From contig CM097888.1 of NCBI GenBank assembly GCA_044892525.1, positions 92,628,001 to 92,692,000 on the forward strand: a DNA stretch of 64,000 bases, written 5' to 3'. A model generated the notes under the pieces. The model had not been told where the DNA came from. It saw only the letters and a list, made by a program, of their open reading frames with translations, and did not search any database. This DNA comes from Schmidtea polychroa. Its lineage: Eukaryota. Within the stretch, counting starts at the first letter, position 1; the number at the start of each line of letters is the position of its first letter. A program made the position numbers and the translations under genes. Shown piece by piece: positions 39,601 to 51,600 of the stretch.

Positions 39601-42600
39601 AAAGCCTTTCCTTAGTCTTGGTTTTGTCTTGTTTTCGAGACGAAAATCTTTTAGGGGGTAAGACTTGTTAGGGATAGGCCTGGGGCCTGGAGTGTAAAAT
39701 AAATAAAGAATTACTATATTTAGAAACAGTATAAATAAAAATTACTGAAAATAAAAGATAGGTTTTATTAATTACTATTAATAGATTTAGGTAATATATA
39801 GGAATATTTGATAATACTATTACTATATATAGTAATTATAAAATTACTATTAATATAATAAATAATTATAATGTGATATAAATACTGGTTCAAACGAGAA
39901 CCAAGGGACGATAAAAACATAGACGAGAAAATTGACGATAACTTGCGGACGAGAAAAACTGTCAAGAAAGTTCGAAAAGAAATTGAAACAATAATTTAGA
40001 AAATTATTATCACTTTGAAAAAAAAACGAAAACGTGATTAGAGAATCACTGTGTTAATTATTTAATTTAGAAGTGCAACATTTACGATCAAATTAGTTCA
40101 TTATTGTGATTAAAGAATCACTGTGTTTATTTTAATTAATTTCAACGCAACTCCGAGTTGTTTAAATTGGATATAAACAATAGCCCACACACGAAGAAAT
40201 TCCGGCTCCAATTTCAAATCAATATCAACGGAGAAATTCTACTATAAATTGATCATCAAATTAGTTGAGACGAAAAAAAAAGGAAAATCAGAAATTAGTC
40301 GAGAGCTAAGAATATTGTCGTCACAGAATTGTAAAGAAGATTGGTCTACAACATTGTTTAAACATTCAGGTAGATTTGATTATCAAGGGATAAACTAGTA
40401 TCCCGTTAAATAGGTAAAATTAAAGCGAACACAAAGTATAGATCTTTTACTTTAGTGTTCCCTGGGAGCCTCAAAATCATTCCCTCTTACTTGCCCAACT
40501 CTTTTAGTCGAATTGCGATCGTTGTGCTACACAGGAGCCATCGATTTCTTGCAGGCTGTGGTAAACAGTAAGGATTAATAAATCCGTTTTCTTGTACTCT
40601 TTGTACATATATTATAAAGTTCGTTTTGTAAATTATAAAATACATATTTATAAACAGAGAAAGAGTTTGTTTTGTTTTTTTAACTCAGTAATTTAAATAT
40701 TAAACGCGCAACCACATTAAATATAATTTATTTATATTCATTTATATCTTTTTTCATTTATTTAACCTATTGGAGTCATTTGTGTTAGGATCTATTGTCC
40801 CCGTTNNNNNNNNNNNNNNNNNNNNNNNNNNNNNNNNNNNNNNNNNNNNNNNNNNNNNNNNNNNNNNNNNNNNNNNNNNNNNNNNNNNNNNNNNNNNNNN
40901 NNNNNNNNNNNNNNNNNNNNNNNNNNNNNNNNNNNNNNNNNNNNNNNNNNNNNNNNNNNNNNNNNNNNNNNNNNNNNNNNNNNNNNNNNNNNNNNNNNNN
41001 NNNNNNNNNNNNNNNNNNNNNNNNNNNNNNNNNNNNNNNNNNNNNNNNNNNNNNNNNNNNNNNNNNNNNNNNNNNNNNNNNNNNNNNNNNNNNNNNNNNN
41101 NNNNNNNNNNNNNNNNNNNNNNNNNNNNNNNNNNNNNNNNNNNNNNNNNNNNNNNNNNNNNNNNNNNNNNNNNNNNNNNNNNNNNNNNNNNNNNNNNNNN
41201 NNNNNNNNNNNNNNNNNNNNNNNNNNNNNNNNNNNNNNNNNNNNNNNNNNNNNNNNNNNNNNNNNNNNNNNNNNNNNNNNNNNNNNNNNNNNNNNNNNNN
41301 NNNNNNNNNNNNNNNNNNNNNNNNNNNNNNNNNNNNNNNNNNNNNNNNNNNNNNNNNNNNNNNNNNNNNNNNNNNNNNNNNNNNNNNNNNNNNNNNNNNN
41401 NNNNNNNNNNNNNNNNNNNNNNNNNNNNNNNNNNNNNNNNNNCAGCTTCCTCTGCAGCTTTCAAAATGTCTTGCTTATTGAACTGTCGGCCAAGAGATTG
41501 ATATATTTTTGTCATTATAGGAACTGAATTCGCTTGAGATGTCTGACTCTGGTTCACCAAAGGTTCAGGTAGATCTTTCATAAACCTCAGAATGGCTATC
41601 CACACTGCCAGTGCTGACTAGAGAAGAAGATATTAAAACAATCATATTACTGGACTGCAATATATATACTATTTGATGGTTGGGGTTCGAATGAAACAGC
41701 AAAGGTTTCCTTAAAGGTTTTCGTGAGAAATTCGGATCAGAATCCTTCTGGAAATAAGTGGCAGCAAATTTTGTGAATGTGAATTCTGAGACGTCCTCAT
41801 CGAGAATGTTGACCAAATAATCAGGCATCGTTGTAGCAAATACCGAGCTGACATCATTGAGAGCGTTCATCCGTGACATCTCCAGATCCTGGAATGCTCT
41901 CGGTGCATGGGACAATGAATTTGAGAGAGATTTCACGCTGTAGCCATCAATCGAGCCGAAAATCTCATCAAGCTAAAATAAGAAAAGAAATCAAATTTCT
42001 GTGGAAATTTCATTCTAGTTCAATTAGGCGTTGTCAGTAATTTGATTCAGTGTCCATGAATTATTAATGAAATCAAGCTGAATTATGAATGAGCAAGAGT
42101 TGTTTTACCATCTCTGATTCATCCACTGGCTGGTTGCGCCTCCTCTCTGCCTCTGCAATCCTCTGTTTCATGTTCCTATTGTCCTTGATTTGCTGCTGGG
42201 CCTCTGCTAGTGACTGGCTGTGGATTGCATTGAGCCGCACCTGAATTGCAATATACAGCATCATCACTCGGCATCCTTGCTAGAACATTTCATAGCTACT
42301 CAAGCATTACAAGAAACCAGGAAAAGAGAAAGTACGCCAACAAAAGAAATAAAATCACCGAATTTTTATTTCAAATATCAAATGTTAAATGAAATCATTT
42401 ATTTATTAGTGAGACTGGAGGGGAAGCTTTATGAATTTGGTTGTACTTTCTGTTATTGTTAGGCACTTAATGCCCCTATATAACTGAGAGCCCCCCCCCC
42501 CACCCTCCCCTCCTCCTCCGTTCCTTATATCAATGCTACATGGGAAATTATCAGTAGAGAATCCTTTGATAGAAATCTGTAACGGAGAAAATGTTTTTAT

Positions 42601-45600
42601 TCCGATCGAATATAAAATAAATTTTACGTTCACCCACCAATCTAGCACCGAGGGTATCCCAAGCAAAGGTTTATGGAATGAAGATTAAAGGGTCATAATT
42701 ATAATGTCACCCAGATTAAGGAAATCATATAAATTTGGTTACTCNNNNNNNNNNNNNNNNNNNNNNNNNNNNNNNNNNNNNNNNNNNNNNNNNNNNNNNN
42801 NNNNNNNNNNNNNNNNNNNNNNNNNNNNNNNNNNNNNNNNNNNNNNNNNNNNNNNNNNNNNNNNNNNNNNNNNNNNNNNNNNNNNNNNNNNNNNNNNNNN
42901 NNNNNNNNNNNNNNNNNNNNNNNNNNNNNNNNNNNNNNNNNNNNNNNNNNNNNNNNNNNNNNNNNNNNNNNNNNNNNNNNNNNNNNNNNNNNNNNNNNNN
43001 NNNNNNNNNNNNNNNNNNNNNNNNNNNNNNNNNNNNNNNNNNNNNNNNNNNNNNNNNNNNNNNNNNNNNNNNNNNNNNNNNNNNTTTTTTCTGCCTCCTC
43101 ACTAGCCTTTTCCTCCGACATTTGATTTTTTAATAAGTTTACATCTTTTTTCTTTAAGCTGAGAGCTTCCTTCAATTTCATGTCCTAACAAAAAGTAATG
43201 CATATGAAAAACAAAAGTGATGCATATGCATTGCATAGACAATGCATTACATAGGCAATGCATTAGCATTTACAATATTTTGATAAATTTACTTCTTTCT
43301 TTAACACTTTGAATTTTTTCAAAGCACAAAATTTGCGAATTTGAGATTGTATCTTAACAATTGCTTTCTTCTTTTGTTGAAGCTTATCCCTGGTCAAGCG
43401 TCCTCTGCAATATCTCTGGACATTACGTATAAAACCTTTAAGGTCTTTCAATTTTTTGCTAGCGATCTTTGCCCTGAAACTGGCTTGTAAAAGGCAGAAA
43501 CCTTTCTTAATCTAAACAAGTAAAAAAGTAAAAGTATTATTGGACCATTCGTGAACCTTTAGAAATTTTCGACGAGTCAGTTTCATTCTTACGAATGTTT
43601 GAATCTGTATTGCAGCAGATCTTTTCTTTAGAAACCGAGTTCGATGGTAATATTTCCTCCACGTCTTTTGAATGAGTATAATCCGATTGCTGAGCGCCTT
43701 GTCTCGCAGGTCTTCCAACATAACGTCTTGCGCATCCTGAAACGAAGCAACTTAGAGATATTTCTAGTGCAATTTATAAATGACCTTGAGGAAAAGCTTT
43801 GTCTTCCCAATCTGATATCCGTTTGGATCGAGAATATTTTTGCATATCAGTTTAGTGATCTCTCTGCTATCCTTGCACCTGAAACTTGACTGGATTCCGG
43901 GCACTAGAATCCTATAACGGTCAATGAAATCTGGAAATTCATGGCGAATCGGGTATCCGGCCTTCCTGATACGAATTGTCTCCATCATGCCCGAATAACG
44001 CAGCTGCCTCAAACAGAGAGACCTGTCGAATTCCAGTTTCTTCTTCAACTCATTTGGTTTGATGCACCTGACAAAAAATGGCTCTCTTTCCATCAGTATT
44101 TTCATCAATGAATCCAAAGACTTTCTAAATTGGATTCCCAGCGTAGGCGCTCGCTTCCTCGTATCAAATCCCTATAGGAAACATTTCCCAAATTATTGGA
44201 AGCCATTTCATAAGTCAATTAAAATAACTAGAAAATAATTCTGATACAAAGGGGGGGGGGGTCAGTGAGATCTTTTTATTATTAGTGGTTGGCCTCAATT
44301 ATGATAAGAGGATATCTCTTTCATAATGTAAGACCTTTCACAAATATGATGGCCAGCAAGTCTTTCAAATATTCTTTTCATTAATAAATCAACCAAAAGT
44401 GAGAGCAATTGAAAAATATTTTTTAACAGAAAAATTTATTAATTAAAAATAATAATGGCCAATCAAAATGTTGCTAGAGAAGTGGCTGTCGGATCTGCTG
44501 AAATCAGCTCCACTAACCAATAGGACAAAGTCTCCAATTTCTTACCGGACCAACAGAAAATATGAACCGATAAAAAAATAACAACAAAGGAATTATTGTT
44601 TACAATGACCATGTAAGGTGTGAATAGGTAAGGTGTGAATAGGTAAGGTGTGAATGGGTATGGTGTGAATGTGTAAGGTGAATAGGTAAGGTGTGAATGG
44701 GTAAGGTGTGAATGGGTATGGTGTGAATGGGTAAGGTGAATAGGTAAGGTGTGAATGGGTAAGGTGTGAATGGGTATGGTGTGAATGGGTAAGGTGAATA
44801 GGTAAGGTGTGAATGTGTAAGGTGTGAATGGGTAAGGTGAATGGGTAAGGTGTGAATGTGTAAGGATTGCATATGTAGTGTGAATAGGTATGGTGTGAAT
44901 GGGTAAGGTGTGAATGGGTATGGTGTGAATGGGTAAGGTGAATAGGTAAGGTTAATAGGTAAGGTGAATAGGTAAGGTGAATAGGTAAGGTGTGAATGGG
45001 TAAGGATTGAATATGTAGTGTGAATGGGTATGGTGTGAATGGGTAAGGTGAATAGGTAAGGGGAATAGGTAAGGTGAATAGGTAAGGTGAATGGGTAAGG
45101 TGTGAATGGGTAAGGTGTGAATGGGTAAGGGGAATAGGTAAGGTGAATGGGTAAGGTGTGAATGGGTAAGGTGTGAATAGGTAAGGTGTGAATGGGTATG
45201 GTGTGAATGGGTAAGGTGTGAATGGGTAAGGTGTGAATGGGTATGGTGTGAATGGGTAAGGTGTGAATGGGTAAGGTGTGAATGGGTAAGGTGTGAATGG
45301 GTAAGGTGAATGGGTAAGGTGTGAGCAGGTAAGGTGTGAATGGGTAAGGTGTGAATGGGTAATGTGTGAATGGGTAAGGTGTGAATGGGTAAAGTGTGAA
45401 TGGGTAAGGTGTGAATAGGTAAGGTGTGAATGGGTAAGGTGTGAATAGGTAAGGTGTGAATGGGTAAGGTGTGAATGGGTAAGGTGTGAATGGGTAAGGT
45501 GAATGGGTAAGGTGTGAATGTGTAAGGTGAATAGGTAAGGTGAATAGGTAAGGTGAATAGGTAAGGTGAATATGTAAGGTGTGAATGGGTAAGGATTGAA

Positions 45601-48600
45601 TATGTAGTGTGAATGGGTATGGTGTGAATGGGTAAGGTGAATAGGTAAGGGGAATAGGTAAGGTGAATAGGTAAGGTGTGAATGGGTATGGTGTGAATGG
45701 GTATGGTGTGAATGGGTAAGGTGTGAATGGGTATGGTGTGAATGGGTAAGGTGTGAATGGGTAAGGTGTGAATGGGTAAGGTGTGAATGGGTAAGGTGTG
45801 AGCAGGTAAGGATTGAATATTTTAAGTGATTTATTAAAATGATTTAAAATCAATTTTGAAAGTAAATAATTAGAATTATGAATAACTTTTTGTTAAATAA
45901 ATGTGAAATAGTAAAATAATGAATTCTTGTGATAAATGACAGTGATCAACAGCCCAAATGTATCAGTGATGAAATCAGTCAATTAGAACTCATTTTCTAT
46001 GCCATTAACAATGTTGTTTAGCTCTAGATTTTGTGATACAGTAACTTTTACTTTTCATATACATTGGGTATATTTTTGTTTCAGTTGTACTTGGTATAGC
46101 AGTCCTACACGAATTTCCTGCCGGCGTTATGACATTTACTGATTGGATATCTTCCTCTCTTATCAATCAGTCACAGACAGGCTTATGAATTGTCTATGAG
46201 TTTTCGTGCCAGTTAGCATTCATTATCTCCAAATGCCTCGAAAGTGTGTAAATGGCACTGATAACAGTTATTATGTGTGCGATAAAGTGAAATTTGCCAG
46301 ACAGAAACGTTCTCTAACTCCAGTAATTAGGAATGCTTATCACTGTTATTTTGGGTGCAAAATTGAAAACCAAGATAAAAGCTGGCGCTACATATTTATT
46401 GCAATACTTTTGCTTTTAACCTCCACAACTGGCTTAATCAATGAGTTCAATGCCTTTGCTGTTCATATGATAAGGAGAGACCCAACCAATCATGTCACAG
46501 ACTGCTATTTTTATATCGTGTCATACCTACAGCACGGAATGTCCAAGAAGAAAGAATTTATTTATTTATTTTTTTCAATCAAAAATATTTCAGTCAAAAT
46601 GTTAGCCAATGGAAACATTCAAAAAAAGTTAGATTTAACGAAGCAATTCTCATTATAAACAGACGGCCAACAATACACTAAAGAAGAGATCAATGAAATC
46701 AGTGCCGGATTTAGATCTGATAAGGCCCTAGGCTATTTGAAATATGGGGCCCTTTATAAGACCAGATATAATATCTCAGCGCCAAATATGATTTTTGGAT
46801 ACCTAGAGAGATAAACTGAAATACAATTAAGAATTATAGATAGTGAAATAATAAATCTTTAATTTAAAATCATTTTAATTCATAACAAACTTAAAAATGC
46901 AAATTCTGATAAAAAGAAGCAAAAGATCTTTTAAAAAAACAATATACAAAGGCTTATTATCTAATCTCTTGAAACATGCTATGAGAATTAAGGAATTATA
47001 TTAAACTGAAATATTTTCTTTCTTGCCTTTGCCTGAGAAAAGTCACTGAGGACATCATCGAATGATAAACTGTGTAGTTTGTCACTTTCTATACACATGA
47101 GAGTAAGCGAACATAATTTATCTTGAGTCATTGTTGTTCTAAATTCAGAAGCTGTAGAAATTTATCAGTATTCTCGGTTGTCATAATTATGGCTAAACAA
47201 ACCCTAGACACAATAGCGCTTTGCCTTTGTTCTTCGAATTGACGTCCTAAAAGAATTGGATGAAGAGTATAGGACGTTTCAAACATGCGGCAGTAGGAAA
47301 AATAATGCTGCAGTATATTTAGGTCGACATGACAATTTCTCATTCGGACACTTTTTGGGGCCCTAATAAAGTAAGGGCCCTAGGCTATAGCCTGTGTAGC
47401 CTATACGTAAATCCTACACTAAATGAAATTATCAATATGATTTGTTGTTATTGACCTTGAGAATAACTTTTAAAAATTAAAAAATAATAATTTAAAATAA
47501 TATAGAAAAACAATATAATTTTAAAAGATCAAAAGGATTTAAAAATCAAAATAGAAACATTTTTAATAATATTTAAATTGAGTAAATAAATAGTTATTGG
47601 CAACTATATTTTATAAATATTTTAAGATAGTATTTATTAAAATTGGTTTCTATGAGCTAATTATAGAAGCCCTTTAAAAATTTTTCTAATTGAGTCGTTT
47701 TGAATTTTAAAGGATATTTAATTATAATAACATTTTTAAATNNNNNNNNNNNNNNNNNNNNNNNNNNNNNNNNNNNNNNNNNNNNNNNNNNNNNNNNNNN
47801 NNNNNNNNNNNNNNNNNNNNNNNNNNNNNNNNNNNNNNNNNNNNNNNNNNNNNNNNNNNNNNNNNNNNNNNNNNNNNNNNNNNNNNNNNNNNNNNNNNNN
47901 NNNNNNNNNNNNNNNNNNNNNNNNNNNNNNNNNNNNNNNNNNNNNNNNNNNNNNNNNNNNNNNNNNNNNNNNNNNNNNNNNNNNNNNNNNNNNNNNNNNN
48001 NNNNNNNNNNNNNNNNNNNNNNNNNNNNNNNNNNNCCTTTTGCTGCAAATAATGTATTTAATGAAAGAATTTTCGACTATACGATAGTCCTTGTCAATCT
48101 CCTGGAATTTAGCAATGTTCTTCTTCAAAATACCCTTCAATCTTTCTTTTATTTCCTTTCTCTTAATTCTCATTGGTTGTAAATATACTGAATTGTTTTA
48201 CTAAAAACTTTTAAAATTTTTTTATAATTTTTATTTTTTACATTTAAAATTTCAAAATGACACAAACTAAAATTTTTAAATTTTTTACAGCTTCTATAAT
48301 TAGCTTCTAGAAGCCTAATAAAATATTTGAAAATATTCTAAATAAAGCCTCCAATAACTACTTATATATGCTATTTAAATATTTCAATAAATGTGTCAAT
48401 TTTGATTTTCAAACCCTATTTTTTAAAATTTTTTTCTATATTATTCTAATTATTACTTTTTAATTTATTCTTATTTTTTTAATTTCTTTGTATATTGTCA
48501 GTTATTCTCAAAGTCAATGACAACAGATCAAATTCATGATTTCATTGATTTCTTCTTTAGTGTTGATCTTTGGCTGTCTGTTTATTATGAGAATTGCTTC

Positions 48601-51600
48601 TTTGATTCTGACATTTTTCTTTTGGATGTTTCCATTAGCTATGATTTCTATTGAAATATTTTTTCTTTCCTCTGTTGGCTGACACTGCCGGAGATGTCTG
48701 CCCAACGAGGATGTTCCACCAGGATCTAGATGTTCTTTAACTCTTTGGTGCAATGTCCTGAGGGTACTTCCAATGTAGATTTCATTGCATACATTGCACG
48801 TGATGCAATAGACGATGTTTTTTCTAAAGCACATATCTTTCGGTGTCTGGCAGTTTTTCATTGTGCAATTGTTTTCTCTATTTATGTTGCCTGCCAGAGC
48901 CCTTCTCAATGTCCAAGATTTATGTGCTATCCGAATTGGAAGACCGGTACGTTTAAGTTCTTTCAGGATCTTGAAGTCGAGTATGTCACTGATGAATGGG
49001 ATATTCAGATAGAAATATTTCTGATTCTTTTGTGTTAATTCCCTAGATCTTCTTGGGGTAGAATTCATTTTTTCAATGTCCTCACTTTGGTATCCGTTTC
49101 GTTGTAGGATTTTATTGAAATTTGATTGCTCTTTAAAGTTTTCGTTTTTCTCCGTGCATCGATTGGCTATTCTTCGTTTCTCGTTTCTTATGACATGTAC
49201 TTTCTGTAAGTATGGAAGCGCTGATCTTTGGTGCATAAATATTTCTTTGCGAGCTGGTTTTCTGTAGAACCCGTATGTTGGAGTATTTTCTTCTATTTTG
49301 ATTCTCAAATCCAATAAATTGAGGGATCCATCTTCTTCCGGATATTCGATTTCGAACTTAATATCTTGATGAGCCGCATTGAATGAATGAAATATTTCCT
49401 CCGCTTCTTTTCTGTTTTTGGTCAAGATGAAGATATCATCTACATATCTTGCATAGAAACCGATGGGTTGTATGGTCCTCAGTGTCTGTCGTTCGAGGTT
49501 ATCCATAAAGATGATTGCTAGCAGTCCTGATATGCTAGAACCCATAGGCAGACCTTTAACTTGTTTATAGATATTTTGTTCAAAGGTAAAATAGGTGTTC
49601 TCGAGGATAACAGTAAGTAGTTTGGTGATATTCTCGATATTCATTTCCTTTATTAACAAGTTGCTTTCTCTTAATTTCTTTTCTAAACATTGAATAGCCT
49701 CTTTTGGTTCCATAGATGTGTATAGTGATACGACATCAAGACTAAATGGGTATTGGAATTCTCTATGACAAGTCATGTTATTATTTAGTCTTGTCATGAG
49801 GCAGTCGCTGCTTTGAAGATGGTGTGGTATCGTGTCCAATAAAGGTTTCAAGATCTTTGCAAGGAGCCAACTTGTTTTAGTTGTTGGTCCATTTTTGTTG
49901 GACACTATAGGTCTAATTTTGATACCAGGACCCTCTTTGTGAGTTTTAATTAGGTGGTAGAAGTTAGGAAGATCAGAATTTTTTGTGACGAAGCTGTTGG
50001 TTATTCTGTTGTTGAGCCTCATTTCCAAAGCTATGGCTTTCCATACTTTGTTGATCTTCATTTCGATGGTGTTTGGTGACATGCGGCTGACTTTCTTGTA
50101 TGTTTCGATGTTGCCGAGGTGTTCGTAACCAGCTTCACAGTAACGATTCTTCTCTATAATGCAAAATTCTCCCCCCTTGTCACTTGGTAAGTAAACGTAC
50201 GGTTTCTTTTTAAGGGATTTTAATATTGCCTGTTCGTCTTTCGTTAGGTTTGAGAGATATGGTTTTCTTCTTTCCTTCTCAACTAACTCCATGATTTTGT
50301 GACAGACCTTTGAGAGTGTTGAATCTAATTCTGCATCAGGATTTGGTTGATAGAGTTTATCTGTGTTTATGTATACTACTCTCATTTTCATGAGATATTG
50401 TATTGTTCTATTTGATCTGGTACGCAATGCGACTGACAATATACAAAGAAATTAAAAAAATAAGAATAAATTAAAAAGTAATAATTAGAATAATATAGAA
50501 AAAAAAATTTTAAAAAATAGGGTTTGAAAATCAAAATTGACACATTTATTGAAATATTTAAATAGCATATATAAGTAGTTATTGGAGGCTTTATTTAAAA
50601 TATTTTCAAATATTTTATTAGGCTTCTAGAAGCTAATTATAGAAGCTGTAAAAAATTTAAAAATTTTAGTTTGTGTCATTTTGAAATTTTAAATGTAAAA
50701 AATAAAAATTATAAAAAAATTTTAAAAGTTTTTAGTAAAACAATTCAGTATATTTACAACCAATGAGAATTAAGAGAAAGGAAATAAAAGAAAGATTGAA
50801 GGGTATTTTGAAGAAGAACATTGCTAAATTCCAGGAGATTGACAAGGACTATCGTATAGTCGAAAATTCTTTCATTAAATACATTATTTGCAGCAAAANN
50901 NNNNNNNNNNNNNNNNNNNNNNNNNNNNNNNNNNNNNNNNNNNNNNNNNNNNNNNNNNNNNNNNNNNNNNNNNNNNNNNNNNNNNNNNNNNNNNNNNNNN
51001 NNNNNNNNNNNNNNNNNNNNNNNNNNNNNNNNNNNNNNNNNNNNNNNNNNNNNNNNNNNNNNNNNNNNNNNNNNNNNNNNNNNNNNNNNNNNNNNNNNCT
51101 TTCAAAAAGAATTTTAAGAAATTGGCTTTTAGTTGTTTGAATTAATTCCGTCAGATCGGCATTGAAGAAATCTCGGTTTTTCTCCAGGAATCCCTCAATC
51201 TGATAATGGACGACTCCCGCAAAATGCTCTATTCCAAATATCTAGAATATACGATTCTCTCGACCCGATCAGTAAATAAAATTTACTTTGACAATGTCTG
51301 CCTTTTGCTTGATGAACCTTGAATGCTTGGAGCAAGTATTGACGAGTTTATTGAGAAGCGAGTGATCTGTGCCTTTGGGGAATCGGCTTTCCTCATCGAT
51401 CAGCGCGAGAATGTTGCAATTCCTCACACCGATCAAGTCCAATGTTTCCTGATTGTCTGTGAATGCGATATGTTGCCAGTCGATCAGTTCTGCTGCGTAT
51501 TCCTCTTGCTCCATCTTGAATATGTGCCGAACGAAGAACTGCTGGAGATTCTCATTTGCGTAATTTATACAAAGCTGTTCGTAGCTGTTGTTGTCGAAAT

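Larger units (their letters stand above)
25592..40805 (+). mobile_element. Full-length env-bearing Ty3/Gypsy (Metaviridae-like) LTR retroelement, about 15.2 kb, with multiple cargo domains; true ends lie in flanking N-gaps (inferred 25573-40819)
   Basis: Two direct LTRs at a constant offset of 14093 nt; TGTTA...TAACA termini; PBS and PPT; gag-PR-RT-RH-IN in Gypsy order with GPY/F motif; glycoprotein inside the polyprotein. Confidence 0.95.

Noticed and set aside
46585-50898. Hammerhead ribozyme expected in Penelope pseudo-LTRs or tandem repeats
   Set aside because: No CUGANGA...GAAA core with pairing stems was found by eye in the visible arms or repeat units; parts are hidden in gaps, so an Infernal/RNAmotif search is still needed.
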